NCBI GenBank assembly: GCA_965541615.1
Contig: CBEUCJ010000001.1
Span: 3,754 to 67,753, forward strand
Origin: an uncultured bacterium
GTDB lineage: Bacteria > Omnitrophota > Gorgyraeia > Duberdicusellales > CBEUCJ01
Direction of reading: 5' to 3'
Length of the DNA stretch: 64,000 bases
The translations under genes were made by a program, and so were the position numbers. This document shows positions 11,568-22,188 of this stretch, in pieces (the stretch's first letter is position 1; each line of letters starts with the position of its first letter). The notes beneath the pieces were generated by a model, which was not told the DNA's origin, did not search any database, and was given only the letters and a program-made list of their open reading frames with translations.

Positions 11568-12131
11568 TTAATCTCTGTTCTTTAATAAAAATAATGTCTC
11601 CTGTCTTGTCTTTTGATTCTTCCTAAATATTCCTCTCACACAACTCGTAATTATCTTTGAATCTTGAGCCTTTACTCCTCTCATACTAATGCATAAATGT
11701 TCTGCTTCGATTACGACCATTACTCCTTTAGGTTTTAATTTTTTCATTAAAACATCTGCAATTTGAGTGGTGAGTCTTTCTTGGACCTGCAATCTTTTAG
11801 AAAGGATCTCTACTACTCTTATTATCTTGCTTAAACCTGTGATTTTATTTTGAGGGATGTAAGCTATATGGCATTTACCAAAAAATGGCAACAAATGATG
11901 TTCACAGATAGAAAAAAAAGAAATATCTTTTAAAAGAATTATCTCATCATGTTCTTGAGCTAAAAATACTTCTAATTCTTTCTCAGGTGAGTATCTGTAG
12001 CCTGATAATAACTCTTCTAAACTTTGAGCTGCTCTTTTAGGGGTATCTTTTAAATCTTTCTTTTTTTTAAAATCAGGGGTTATCTCTTTTAGAATTATCT
12101 CAAATGCTTTTTCTATCTTTTTCTTATCCAT
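11568..12131 (-). CDS. folE: GTP cyclohydrolase I
   Basis: SICEHHLLPFFGKCHIAYIP active-site region. Confidence 0.85.
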   Translation of the reverse strand: MDKKKIEKAFEIILKEITPDFKKKKDLKDTPKRAAQSLEELLSGYRYSPEKELEVFLAQEHDEIILLKDISFFSICEHHLLPFFGKCHIAYIPQNKITGLSKIIRVVEILSKRLQVQERLTTQIADVLMKKLKPKGVMVVIEAEHLCISMRGVKAQDSKIITSCVRGIFRKNQKTRQETLFLLKNRD

Positions 12132-12214
12132 ATTTAAATAAGTAGCATTTCATTCCTAAATTATACTACATCATTCAAAGGCTCACTACATTAAAATTTA
12201 AAGATGTTTTATTT

Positions 12215-13591
12215 TCACTTACCTATACAAAATCTTGAAAATATATTTTCTAAAAGCTCTTCTGAATAGATTTTACCAGTAATCTTATCTATTTGAGTGA
12301 CAGCTTCTTTTAAATGTAACATTAAAAAATCTATACTAAAACCTGATTGTAAATCTTTTAAGAAATTTTCTAAAGAGATCTTGGCTTTTTCTAACAACTC
12401 TGTGTGTCTTTTATTAGAGACTATAATTTTTTCAGGTTCAACAAAATTTCCTTTGAATAAAAAATCTATCATCTTTTCTTTTAATTCTTCGATCCCTTCT
12501 TTTTTTAAACAAGATACAAAAACATGTTCTTTAAATCTTTCTTTTAAAAATTTAAGATTTGCTTTTGGAGGTAAGTCTATTTTATTTATTACCAAAATCA
12601 CAGGTAAATCTTTTAACTTTTCTATTAAAAACAAATCTTTATCTGTCAATTCTTGAGAAATATCAACGACCAATAAGATTAAATTCGCTTTTTTTATAGC
12701 TTCTTGAGTCCTTTTTAAAGCTTCTTTTTCTACTAAATCTCTTGGTGTAATTATACCTGCTGTATCAAAAAGATTTAAAGGGACTCCTTTAATGTTGGCT
12801 TCTTCTTTTAAAATGTCTCTTGTGGTACCTTCTAAAGGTGAAACGATAGCTCTTTCTGAAGCTAACAAACAATTTAAAAGAGAAGATTTTCCTACATTAG
12901 TCCTACCTGCTATTACTACATTCAGACCTTCTTTAAAAATTAAACCTTCTTCAGAAGATTTTAACACTTGGGTTATCTCAGTTAAAATCTTGTGTACATC
13001 TTCTCTAAGTTTATTAAAATCTATGGTATCTATTTCATCTTCAGGAAACTCAACTACTGCTTCTAAATGAGTAAGTATATTTAATAATTTTTCTCTTAAT
13101 GACTCTAAAAATTTTCTCTCTTTTCCTTGCAATTGATTTATACTTATCTCCAAACTCTGAGGAGTCCTCGCATAGATAACATCTAAAACAGCTTCTGCTT
13201 GAGTTAAATCTATTCTTCCATTTAGAAAAGCTCTCATAGTAAACTCACCAGGTAAAGCTAATCTAGCTCCCTCTCTTATTAGCAGAGACAAAGTTTCTTT
13301 TAAAGGCACCAAACCTCCATGGCAGGAAATTTCTACTACATCTTCAGTAGTGTAAGTGTAAGGCGCCTTCATTAAAAATACCAAAACTTCATCTATTATT
13401 TTTAAGTTTTGGGGGTCTCTAATAAATCCATAGTGAATAGTATGAGATTTTGCTTTTTTTAAGTCTTTCTTTTTTTTAGGGACAAAGATTTTACTCAAAA
13501 TATCAAAGCTTTGAGGACCTGACATTCTAACTATACCTATTCCAGATTTTCCTAAAGGAGTAGATATTGCACAGATAGTATCTTTCAGCAT
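12215..13591 (-). CDS. mnmE: tRNA modification GTPase MnmE
   Basis: N-terminal DTICAISTPLGKSGIGIVRMSG, G-domain GRTNVGKSSLLN, C-terminal CIGK tail. Confidence 0.9.
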   Translation of the reverse strand: MLKDTICAISTPLGKSGIGIVRMSGPQSFDILSKIFVPKKKKDLKKAKSHTIHYGFIRDPQNLKIIDEVLVFLMKAPYTYTTEDVVEISCHGGLVPLKETLSLLIREGARLALPGEFTMRAFLNGRIDLTQAEAVLDVIYARTPQSLEISINQLQGKERKFLESLREKLLNILTHLEAVVEFPEDEIDTIDFNKLREDVHKILTEITQVLKSSEEGLIFKEGLNVVIAGRTNVGKSSLLNCLLASERAIVSPLEGTTRDILKEEANIKGVPLNLFDTAGIITPRDLVEKEALKRTQEAIKKANLILLVVDISQELTDKDLFLIEKLKDLPVILVINKIDLPPKANLKFLKERFKEHVFVSCLKKEGIEELKEKMIDFLFKGNFVEPEKIIVSNKRHTELLEKAKISLENFLKDLQSGFSIDFLMLHLKEAVTQIDKITGKIYSEELLENIFSRFCIGK

Positions 13592-14889
13592 AAATTTTCT
13601 CTTATTTTTCCTACCAAATATACTGAACCTGTAACTAATATTAAATCTTTTTTATCACATAAATCTATTGCTTTCAAAATAGCTTTACAAGGATCTGGTA
13701 TTACTTGGGCTTTTTTAAAACTTTTCTTGATAAGATAAGGGTTTTGTGCTTTTTGGACTTCAGCTTTTGTCAAAATTATTTTTTTACACATATTGAATAA
13801 GATTTTTCCCATTTTTTTAAAATCTTTGTCTTTTGAGGTGCCAAATACCAAAATCACTCTTCTATCAGGAAAATGTCTTAATAAAGTATTTTTTAAAACC
13901 AAAATTGAAGCTGGATTATGAGCACAATCTAAAATAATTAAAGGTTCATTTTTTATTATCTCAAATCTTCCAGCTATTTTAACATTCTCTAAACCTTTTT
14001 TTATATCTTCTTCTTTAATCTTTAAACCTTCTTTTATTAGAATCTCTGTAATGCCTACTGCTACTCCTGAATTTAAAATTTGATGAAATCCTAAAAGAGG
14101 GATCTTTAAATTTTCTAATTTAAGGGCTTTACCTAAGTAAGAAAATTCTTGAAAATCTTTGTTGTAAGAAAGTTCTCTTACTTTTATCTCTTTGTTTACC
14201 TCTAAAAATTCACATTTTCTTTCTTTGCATATTTTTCTCAAAAAACTACTCACAGACTTCCTTTGAGGAAAAGAGACTACAGATTGAGCTTTTTTTATAA
14301 AACCTGCTTTTTCATAAGTTATCTCTTTTAAAGTCCTGCCCAATTTATCTTGATGGTCATAGTCTATTAAACCATAGCCTATATATTTCCCATAGCAACA
14401 ATTAGTAGCATCTAATCTGCCTCCTAAACCTGCTTCTAAAATTACAAAATCTGTTTTTTTCTTAAAAAAATAAAACAAAGCTAAAGCAGTATACACTTCA
14501 AAAAAAGAAAGATAACCTAATTTTTTAGAAAACCTATTTTTCTCCAAAACAGGTTTTAAGTGTCTGGTTAATTCTTCTAATTCAGATTCTTTTATAAAAC
14601 CTTCTTTATCTTTATTTGTCAAAACTCTTATCCTCTCTTTTAAATCAACCAAATGTGGTGAAGTAAAAAGACCTACTTTGTATTTTGTGCTCAATATAGA
14701 ACTTAAAAGATTTGAAATAGAACCTTTCCCTTTTGTACCTGCAATATGAATCACATTTAATTCTTGGTAAGGAAATCCTAAATCTTTTAATAGCTTTTTC
14801 ATCCTCTCTAACTTTAAACTTTTTTTGTAATCAAACTTTATCTTTTTCTCATAATTTATGAAAGAATCTAAATACTCTCTTACTCCCAT
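13585..14889 (-). CDS. folC: Folylpolyglutamate synthase/dihydrofolate synthase
   Basis: HIAGTKGKGS P-loop of the Mur ligase family; FolC length and layout. Confidence 0.8.
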   Translation of the reverse strand: MGVREYLDSFINYEKKIKFDYKKSLKLERMKKLLKDLGFPYQELNVIHIAGTKGKGSISNLLSSILSTKYKVGLFTSPHLVDLKERIRVLTNKDKEGFIKESELEELTRHLKPVLEKNRFSKKLGYLSFFEVYTALALFYFFKKKTDFVILEAGLGGRLDATNCCYGKYIGYGLIDYDHQDKLGRTLKEITYEKAGFIKKAQSVVSFPQRKSVSSFLRKICKERKCEFLEVNKEIKVRELSYNKDFQEFSYLGKALKLENLKIPLLGFHQILNSGVAVGITEILIKEGLKIKEEDIKKGLENVKIAGRFEIIKNEPLIILDCAHNPASILVLKNTLLRHFPDRRVILVFGTSKDKDFKKMGKILFNMCKKIILTKAEVQKAQNPYLIKKSFKKAQVIPDPCKAILKAIDLCDKKDLILVTGSVYLVGKIRENLC

Positions 14890-14922
14890 ATTTTTTCCGA
14901 AAGACTTAAAGTATTCAAAAGT

Positions 14923-16455
14923 TTAATGAAGGAAGTGTCTTATTTGAGTAAATACCATTGGAATTTTGTATTTATTGCAGGCTTTGATTACTTCTTCATC
15001 TTTAATTGAACCTCCAGGCTGAATAATAGCTTTGATTTTAGCTTTAAAGGCTTCCTCAATAGAATCAGGTTTTGGAAAAAAACCATCTGAAGCTAAAACT
15101 GCTCCTTTACAGTCACCAGCTTTTTGAATAGCTATCTTTACTGCATCTATTCTTGAAGGTTGACCTCCACATACTCCCAGAGTCCTTTTATCTTTTGCTA
15201 TACAAATTGCATTTGATTTTAAGTGTTTTACTACTTTAAAAGCAAAAATCAAATCTTCTAAAGTTTTTTTTGAAGGTTTTAAAATTGTGGGCATTTTTAA
15301 ATTTTTTTTATCTATAACTTTAGAATCTCTTTCTTGGACTAAAAAACCTAAATCTGTTCTTCTGAAATCTAAATTATCAGATTTAAATTTTAGATTTATC
15401 TTACAGACTATTAATCTTTTTCTTTGTGAAAAGATTTCTAAAGCTTTCCTTGTAAAAGAAGGAGCTAAAATTATCTCTTTAAAACCTGTTTTTAATATTT
15501 CTTTTGCTACTCTTTCTGTTACTCTTCTATTAAAACCTATAATCCCTCCAAAAGCTGATATAGGATCACCAGAATATGCTTTTAAGAATGCTTTCTTTAA
15601 ATCTTTATCACAAGCTAAACCACAAGGAGAATTATGTTTTACTATTACACAGCAACTTTCTTTAAAGTCTTTGAAGATGTTTAAAACTGCTTGGATATCT
15701 AAAAAGTTATTAAAAGACAAATCTTTGCCTTGCAGTTTTTCTATTAATTCTCTTTCTGAATCTAAAAATTTATAAAGATAGGCTTTCTGATGAGGGTTTT
15801 CTCCATACCTTAGTTTCAAATCTCTTTTTAAATGCAAAAGTAAATCTTGTGTAAATTTTTTTTCTTCTGAAAAGAATTTAAAAATTTCATAATCATATAG
15901 ACTGGTTATCTTAAATACTTCTTTAGCTAATCTCTTTCTCAAAAGTAAAGATACTTTTCCTTTATTTTCTTTTAATTCTCTTATTACTTCTTTATAAAAT
16001 TCTTTAGAAGGGACTACACATACATTTAAAAAATTCTTTGCTCCTGCTCTTAAAAGAGAGACGCCTCCAATATCTATAAATTCTAAAATTTCCTTAAAAT
16101 CTTTTAATTCTTTTAATTTCTCCTTAAATGGATAAAGATTTGTAACTACCATATCTATTGTTTCTATCCCCAAAGATTTTAAACTCTTTAAATCTTCTTT
16201 TTTTTCTTTTCTAGCTAAAATCCCTCCAAATATTTTTGGATGAAGGGTTTTTAGTCTGCCTCCCAAAATCTCAGGGAATCCTGTATAATCTTTAACTTCT
16301 ATGGTTTTAATTTGAGAATTTTTTAAAACTTGGGCAGTCTTTCCAGTAGAGATTATTTTTATCTTCAACTTTTCTAATTCTTTGCAAAACCAAACTATCT
16401 CTTCTTTATCATAAACACTAACCAAAGCTGTCTTTATCTTCAAAAATTCTCTCAT
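14923..16455 (-). CDS. purH: Bifunctional AICAR transformylase/IMP cyclohydrolase
   Basis: ALVSVYDKEEIVWFCKEL MGS-like N-term plus C-terminal AICARFT region; 510 aa. Confidence 0.9.
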   Translation of the reverse strand: MREFLKIKTALVSVYDKEEIVWFCKELEKLKIKIISTGKTAQVLKNSQIKTIEVKDYTGFPEILGGRLKTLHPKIFGGILARKEKKEDLKSLKSLGIETIDMVVTNLYPFKEKLKELKDFKEILEFIDIGGVSLLRAGAKNFLNVCVVPSKEFYKEVIRELKENKGKVSLLLRKRLAKEVFKITSLYDYEIFKFFSEEKKFTQDLLLHLKRDLKLRYGENPHQKAYLYKFLDSERELIEKLQGKDLSFNNFLDIQAVLNIFKDFKESCCVIVKHNSPCGLACDKDLKKAFLKAYSGDPISAFGGIIGFNRRVTERVAKEILKTGFKEIILAPSFTRKALEIFSQRKRLIVCKINLKFKSDNLDFRRTDLGFLVQERDSKVIDKKNLKMPTILKPSKKTLEDLIFAFKVVKHLKSNAICIAKDKRTLGVCGGQPSRIDAVKIAIQKAGDCKGAVLASDGFFPKPDSIEEAFKAKIKAIIQPGGSIKDEEVIKACNKYKIPMVFTQIRHFLH

Positions 16456-17147
16456 TTACTTACACTGAATTTAAAGGTAATAAAATCTGCATCTTGAACT
16501 ACATAATCTTTTGATTCTAATCTCACCAATCCTCTGTTTTTGGCTTCGCCTATTTTTTTACAACTTATCAAATCTTGGAAACTGATAACCTCTGCTTTTA
16601 TAAAACCTTTAGCTATATCTGAATGAATCTTACCAGCTGCTTCTATAGCTTTAGTTCCTTTCTTTATAGGCCAAGCTTTTAATTCTTTCTGATTACAGGT
16701 GAAAAAGAAAATATACCCAAAAAAATCAAAAACTTTTTTGAGTAACGAATTTAAATCTTTTAGTTCTCTGCTATCTATTTTCAAAACAGGTCTTATGCTT
16801 ATAAGAAAATTTAACTCTCCTTCTTGTTTAGAAATATCTATCTCTGAGATAAATCTTTCTTTTTCTAATTCTTCTTTAAGTCTTTCAAAAAACTTTCTTT
16901 TATTTTCAGAAGTCTCTTTCAAAATCTTTTTTTCTAAAGCATCTATATCTTCAATTATTAAATCTAAAACTTTTTCTTTAGTTACCAATACTCCTTCACA
17001 TCTTTGATAAAGAGAGCTCTCACAGAATTCAACTTGAGCATAAGTAACTTTGGGAGGATTAAAGATTTCTTTTAATCTTTCTAACCTTTGATCTAAAAAT
17101 TTATGTGTGCCTATATATTCTGTGGGTCCAAAGAAAGCTATCTTCAC
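16452..17147 (-). CDS. YchF-related TGS-domain protein lacking the N-terminal P-loop
   Basis: The C-terminal 90 aa (KAIEAAGKIHSDIAKGFIKAEVISFQDL...LESKDYVVQDADFITFKFSV) align with the YchF TGS/DUF933 tail. No GxxxxGKS Walker A is present. The upstream EF-G paralog ends only 7 bp away, so there is no room for the missing G1 region. Confidence 0.6.
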   Translation of the reverse strand: MKIAFFGPTEYIGTHKFLDQRLERLKEIFNPPKVTYAQVEFCESSLYQRCEGVLVTKEKVLDLIIEDIDALEKKILKETSENKRKFFERLKEELEKERFISEIDISKQEGELNFLISIRPVLKIDSRELKDLNSLLKKVFDFFGYIFFFTCNQKELKAWPIKKGTKAIEAAGKIHSDIAKGFIKAEVISFQDLISCKKIGEAKNRGLVRLESKDYVVQDADFITFKFSVSK

Positions 17148-17154
17148 TTAAAAA

Positions 17155-19182
17155 TTATTTCTTTGCTTCTGCTTCTTTTCTTCTTTTATATTCTTCTATT
17201 ATTTGCTGAGCTATCTGAGGAGGCACAGGTTCATAATGAGAAAATTTCATCGAATAAGAACCTCTTCCTCCTGTAATAGACCTTAAATCTGTTGCATATC
17301 TGTACATTTCTGCTAAAGGGACTTGGGCTTTTATGAGTTGATTTTTTCCTCTTGCTTCCATACCTAAGACTCTTCCTCTTCTTGAATTTATATCTCCTGT
17401 AACTTGCCCCATGAATTCTTCAGGGATTATTACCTCTACATCCATTATAGGTTCTAAAAGAATAGGACCTGCCTGTTCGACTGCCTTTTTTAAAGCCATG
17501 GAACCTGCTATCTGAAAAGCTATATCTGAAGAATCTACTGGATGATAAGAACCATCATAAAGAGTAACTCTTATATCCACTATAGGATAACCTGCCAAGA
17601 ATCCTTCTTCCATAGCTTTCCTTATACCTTTTTCTACTGAAGGAATAAAATTCCTAGGGATCTTTCCGCCTACAATTTTATCTACAAATTCAAAGAATTT
17701 TCCTCTTTCTAAAGGTTCTACTTCTATCCATACATCTCCATACTGACCACGACCTCCTGTCTGTCTTTTATATTTTCCTTGCACTTTAACTGATTTTGTT
17801 ATTGTTTCTTTGTAAGGAATTTTGGGTCTTCCTAATTCTACTTCTGCTCCAAATCTTCTCTTCATTCTTTGACAGATTACATTCAAATGGAGCTCACCTA
17901 CTCCTGAGATTATCAACTCTTTTGTTTGAGGGTCTCTTTCTACTTTAAAAGTAGGATCTTCTGTACTCAATTTTTGTAAAGCTCCTGATATTCTCTCTTC
18001 ATCCTGCTTTGTTTTAGGTTTTACAGATTGAGATATGCTAGGCGTAGGAAACTCAATTTTAGGGAATTCTACTAAAAAATTCTCTTCACCTAAGCTATCA
18101 TTAGTATGAGTATCTTTTAATTTAGCTACAGCTCCTATTTGACCTGCAAATAAACTATCTACAGTTCTCTGTTCTTTTCCAAAAAGTAAATACAACTGAC
18201 CAAATCTCTCTTTTGTCTTTGTAGTCACATTATAAAAACCTGTATTTGATTTTAAAAGGCCTGTCCAAATCCTAAAAATAGTTAGTTGACCTACATAAGG
18301 ATCGAATATAGATTTAAAGACCTGAGCTGAAAATTTAGAATCAGGTTGGGGTGTTAGTTCTTTTTCTTCTCCGTTTATTTTTACTTTTAAAGGAGGTCTT
18401 TCTTTGGGTGAAGGAAAGAATTCCAAAATTACATTTATTAATTCCTCTAATCCAATCTCATTCAAAACTGCTCCACACAATACCGGAAATATTTTTCTTT
18501 CAAGGATTCCTTTCTTTAAACCTTTCTTAATCTCTTCAGAAGATAATTCTCCTGTCTCTAAATATTTTTCTAATAAAGTGTCATCAGATTCAGCTACTAA
18601 ATCTAAAAGTTTTGAATAAAATTCTGAAACTTCTTTTACTTGTGAAGAATCTTTTTCTAAAACTGGAACTACTCCTTTGAAATTCTGTTCTTTGCCTATA
18701 GGTAAATATAAAGGGATTGCGTTCTTTGTAAGATTTTCTTTGATATCATTTAAAACTTTATAGAAATCTGCATTTTCTTTATCTAATTTATTTACAAAAA
18801 ATATACAAGGCAAGTTTCTTTTTTTAGCTTCTTCAAATGCAAATTCTGTTCCCAATTCTACCCCTGAAACTGCATCTATTACGATTAGAACACAATCAGA
18901 TACACTAAGAGGAGCTATAACTTCAGCTATAAAATCTTGGTAACCTGGAGTATCTATAAACTGAATGAAATGATCTTTGTAATTTGTGTATAAATAACTT
19001 GCATTTATAGAAGATTTTCTCTCTATTTCATCTGGTTCAAAATCAGAAACTGTCGTTCCTTGGTCTACTTTACCAAATCTATTAATCGCCTGTGTTTTAT
19101 AAAGAATTCCTTCTGCTAAAGTAGTCTTACCACTTTGAGCATGACCTGTAATACTAAAAACTCTTATCTTAGAGATATCCAT
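17155..19182 (-). CDS. Elongation factor G paralog (EF-G2-like translational GTPase)
   Basis: ITGHAQSGKTTLAEGIL P-loop, DTPGYQDF, EF-G domains II-V, 675 aa. Confidence 0.8.
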   Translation of the reverse strand: MDISKIRVFSITGHAQSGKTTLAEGILYKTQAINRFGKVDQGTTVSDFEPDEIERKSSINASYLYTNYKDHFIQFIDTPGYQDFIAEVIAPLSVSDCVLIVIDAVSGVELGTEFAFEEAKKRNLPCIFFVNKLDKENADFYKVLNDIKENLTKNAIPLYLPIGKEQNFKGVVPVLEKDSSQVKEVSEFYSKLLDLVAESDDTLLEKYLETGELSSEEIKKGLKKGILERKIFPVLCGAVLNEIGLEELINVILEFFPSPKERPPLKVKINGEEKELTPQPDSKFSAQVFKSIFDPYVGQLTIFRIWTGLLKSNTGFYNVTTKTKERFGQLYLLFGKEQRTVDSLFAGQIGAVAKLKDTHTNDSLGEENFLVEFPKIEFPTPSISQSVKPKTKQDEERISGALQKLSTEDPTFKVERDPQTKELIISGVGELHLNVICQRMKRRFGAEVELGRPKIPYKETITKSVKVQGKYKRQTGGRGQYGDVWIEVEPLERGKFFEFVDKIVGGKIPRNFIPSVEKGIRKAMEEGFLAGYPIVDIRVTLYDGSYHPVDSSDIAFQIAGSMALKKAVEQAGPILLEPIMDVEVIIPEEFMGQVTGDINSRRGRVLGMEARGKNQLIKAQVPLAEMYRYATDLRSITGGRGSYSMKFSHYEPVPPQIAQQIIEEYKRRKEAEAKK

Positions 19183-19267
19183 TCAACCACCTCCTTTATC
19201 TACAGAAAGTATTATCTAACTTTTCAATTCTATCAGAAAAAAGATTTTTTTCAAATTTGAATGATGA

Positions 19268-19987
19268 TTATTCTCTTAACTTGTGAGTGACAGGTACAAA
19301 TCTACACGGAATTATTTTTTTCTTAATCAACTTTCCTTCTCTTTTTATTCCCAAAACTAAATCTTGATAACCTTTCTTATTGTTTATGGGCGCTAAGATC
19401 CTGCCTCCTTCTTTTAGTTGCTCAATTAATTGAGGTGGAAAATCTTCTACTGCACATGTAATTATTATGGCATCAAAAGGTGAAAACTCTCTCCAGCCTA
19501 AAAGACCATTGCCCCATTTTACTTTTATATTTTTATAACCTAATCTTTTTAATCTTTCTTGAGCAGATTCAGCTAAAGATTTTATTATCTCTATAGTGTA
19601 GACTTCTTTTACAATCTCAGCTAAGACTGCAGCTTGGTATCCTGAACCTGTACCGATCTCTAAAACTTTATCGTCGGGTTCTAATTCCAATAATGAGGTC
19701 ATTAAAGCTACCATAAAAGGTTGAGATATAGTCTGACCTTTACCGATCGGTAAAGGTGTATCAGAATAAGCAAATTTTTGCCAAATCTTAGGAACAAACT
19801 CTTCTCTTTTAACTTTTAGCATAGCTCTTATTACCTTAGGATCAGTAATACCTCTATTTATAATTTGCTCTTTTACCATTTTCTCTCTTTCTTTTAAAAA
19901 AGGATCTTGTTGAGAATAAAGATTAAGAAAAAAGATTATACTGATTATAAAACTAAATACTCTTATCCAATTCTTTAAAATACTCAT
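19268..19987 (-). CDS. pcm: Protein-L-isoaspartate O-methyltransferase
   Basis: ISQPFMVALMTSLLEL...VLEIGTGSGYQAAVLA motifs. The ORF has a hydrophobic N-term, so the true start may be the internal MVKEQ (~19879) or the protein may be signal-anchored. Confidence 0.8.
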   Translation of the reverse strand: MSILKNWIRVFSFIISIIFFLNLYSQQDPFLKEREKMVKEQIINRGITDPKVIRAMLKVKREEFVPKIWQKFAYSDTPLPIGKGQTISQPFMVALMTSLLELEPDDKVLEIGTGSGYQAAVLAEIVKEVYTIEIIKSLAESAQERLKRLGYKNIKVKWGNGLLGWREFSPFDAIIITCAVEDFPPQLIEQLKEGGRILAPINNKKGYQDLVLGIKREGKLIKKKIIPCRFVPVTHKLRE

Positions 19988-21083
19988 ATAAAAGCTTTGC
20001 TCCTTTTATTAAAGAATCTTTAAAAACAAATTCATTTGCAGAATGTGCTTTAGATTTTACCCCTACCCCAAAACTAAAAGATTTTATCTTAAAATCATTT
20101 AAAATACTCATAACTGTAGCTCCTAAACTTCCTTTAAATTTGGGTTTTAAATTGCTGTCTTTTAAAACTTTAGCAAATCTTTCTATCCAGAAATTATTTT
20201 TATCTATCTCTATTGGCTTTTGAATATCTAAAATTTTGATCTTAAAGTTTTTTGTTATGCTACTCAGTATTTTTTTAATATCTTCCAAAATCTTTTTAGA
20301 ATCTAAAGAAGGTAAATACCTTATATCTAAACTGAATTTACAGTTAGGAGCTACAACATTTGGTTTTATACCACCTGAAATTGTACCTACATTCACAGTA
20401 GGAGCTCCTAAAAGAGGATGTTTTTTATGAGTAAATTTATGTTTATAAATCTTTTCTATAAATTCTGAAGCTTTTTTTATAGCATTTATTCCTTTTTCAG
20501 CAAAAGCTGCATGAATAGGTTTTCCTTTAATCTCTACTTCTATTTGCAATAAACCTTTTTGAGCAATTATTATTTCAAAATTATCTGAATCTAAAACTAA
20601 ACAAAAATCTCCTTTTAAAACTTTATTTTCTAATAAAGGAATTAAACCTTTGTGAGAACCTGCTTCTTCATCAGCAGTAGCACAAAATAAAATATCTAAG
20701 TTTTTTAATTTGTAGTTTTCTTTTAAACTGATGAGTGCTTCAAGACCTGTTGCTAAATTTCCTTTGCAGTCTGTGGTTCCCAATCCATAAATCTTGTTAT
20801 TTTTTTCTACTGCTTTCAAAGGGTCGGTATGCCAGTTGCCTGTTGCAGGGACTGTATCTAAATGAGGCATAACTATTAAGACTTTTTTTGAATTTTCAGA
20901 AGAGAGTTTAAATATCAGATTACTTCTTTTTCTAAAAAACTCTATTAATTCAGCTTTTATTTTATAGTTTTTTAAAAAATCTTTTAAGAATTTAGCTAAA
21001 GCCCTTTCATTTCCTGGAGGATTTTGGGTATCAATTTGGATACTCTTTTTTAATAAATACAAAAGCCTTTTTTGATTGATCAT
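19953..21083 (-). CDS. M20 family metallopeptidase (ArgE/DapE-like deacylase)
   Basis: HLDTVP..., GTTDCKG, ADEEAGS metal-binding motifs. Confidence 0.7.
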   Translation of the reverse strand: MINQKRLLYLLKKSIQIDTQNPPGNERALAKFLKDFLKNYKIKAELIEFFRKRSNLIFKLSSENSKKVLIVMPHLDTVPATGNWHTDPLKAVEKNNKIYGLGTTDCKGNLATGLEALISLKENYKLKNLDILFCATADEEAGSHKGLIPLLENKVLKGDFCLVLDSDNFEIIIAQKGLLQIEVEIKGKPIHAAFAEKGINAIKKASEFIEKIYKHKFTHKKHPLLGAPTVNVGTISGGIKPNVVAPNCKFSLDIRYLPSLDSKKILEDIKKILSSITKNFKIKILDIQKPIEIDKNNFWIERFAKVLKDSNLKPKFKGSLGATVMSILNDFKIKSFSFGVGVKSKAHSANEFVFKDSLIKGAKLLYEYFKELDKSI

Positions 21084-21084
21084 T

Positions 21085-22188
21085 TTACCTATATTTTAAA
21101 ATATAAACTGGTAAGTTTCCATAAATTACTCTCTTTTTTATCCTAAACTCTTTAAATAGATCTTTTAAAGGACTAAGTATTACTGCATTTTTCCATTTCC
21201 CTTTAAAAGAGAGTAATCTTTCTTTAAAATTTTCTAAGACTCTTTTTACCTTTCTTTTTGTTCCTATTCTCAATCCAAAAGGAGGATTGGTTACTATAAA
21301 ATCATAATTGAAATCTGCAGTCTGAGCATCAGCTAAAAAGAGATTTAAACTTAGATTTAAATTTTGAGCGTTTATTTTAGCTCCTTCTAAATGTTTTAAA
21401 GAATTATCAGAACCATAAATCTTTAATGCTTTTATATTCACTTTTTGTTTTAATTCTTCAGATAAAACTTTAAATTCCTTTAAAGGTAAAAATTTTAAAT
21501 TCCAAATAGCTAATTCTCTTTCTTTTAAATAGTTAGGGATCTTTAAAGCTTCTCTGTAAGCTTCGATTAGAATTGTGGCTGCTCCACAAAAAGGATCATA
21601 AAGAGAGTATTCCAGATTCCAACCAGAAAATTTAACTAAACTGTAAGCTAAACACGGATTTAACCCTGCCCGATGTATATAGGTTTTATACCTTCTTTTA
21701 TGGAGTCCTACACCTGTTGTATCTAACCCTATTAAGATTCTTTTCTCAATAACTTTACAGATTACTTTTATATCAGGCATCTCCAAATCAACTTTTAATC
21801 TTATCTTTTTCTTTTCTCTGTATCTATCTATTACTGCTTGACCTGTAATTTTGGCTATATCTTGTGAAGTGAAATTATGTGTGCCTTTTCTTTCAGATAC
21901 TATTCTAAAACTCTGATTTTTTTGTATAAATTCCTCAAAAGGTATACTTTTGGTAATGTAATAAATATCTTCTAAATCAGAAAACTCAGTATCTTTTAAA
22001 AGTATAGATACTCTTTCACAACTGTTTAATAAAAAATTTGCCTTAAATACTCCTAAAGCATCTGCTTTGCAGATTACTTTCCCATCTTCTTTTTTTTCTA
22101 TAAATACATTTAATTTTTCTTTTAATTCTGAATACAAAAAATCCTCTAAACCTCCTAAAGTAGAAAGCAACAACCTATACTCATTCAT
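21085..22188 (-). CDS. THUMP-domain class I SAM-dependent RNA methyltransferase
   Basis: THUMP region plus VTNPPFG catalytic motif. Start moved to internal MNEYRL (22188), giving an ATGA overlap with the upstream stop at 22185. The first 50 codons of the longer ORF lie inside the upstream gene. Confidence 0.7.
   Translation of the reverse strand: MNEYRLLLSTLGGLEDFLYSELKEKLNVFIEKKEDGKVICKADALGVFKANFLLNSCERVSILLKDTEFSDLEDIYYITKSIPFEEFIQKNQSFRIVSERKGTHNFTSQDIAKITGQAVIDRYREKKKIRLKVDLEMPDIKVICKVIEKRILIGLDTTGVGLHKRRYKTYIHRAGLNPCLAYSLVKFSGWNLEYSLYDPFCGAATILIEAYREALKIPNYLKERELAIWNLKFLPLKEFKVLSEELKQKVNIKALKIYGSDNSLKHLEGAKINAQNLNLSLNLFLADAQTADFNYDFIVTNPPFGLRIGTKRKVKRVLENFKERLLSFKGKWKNAVILSPLKDLFKEFRIKKRVIYGNLPVYILKYR

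Noticed and set aside
12297-13070. + strand ORFs 12297..12656 and 12792..13070
   Set aside because: Fully embedded antisense to mnmE, whose identity is unambiguous.
15287-15775. 162-aa + strand ORF
   Set aside because: Antisense within purH.
16699-17007. 102-aa + strand ORF
   Set aside because: Antisense within the YchF-like gene. Low complexity.
18404-18619. 71-aa + strand ORF
   Set aside because: Antisense within the EF-G paralog.
20236-20430. 64-aa + strand ORF
   Set aside because: Antisense within the M20 peptidase.
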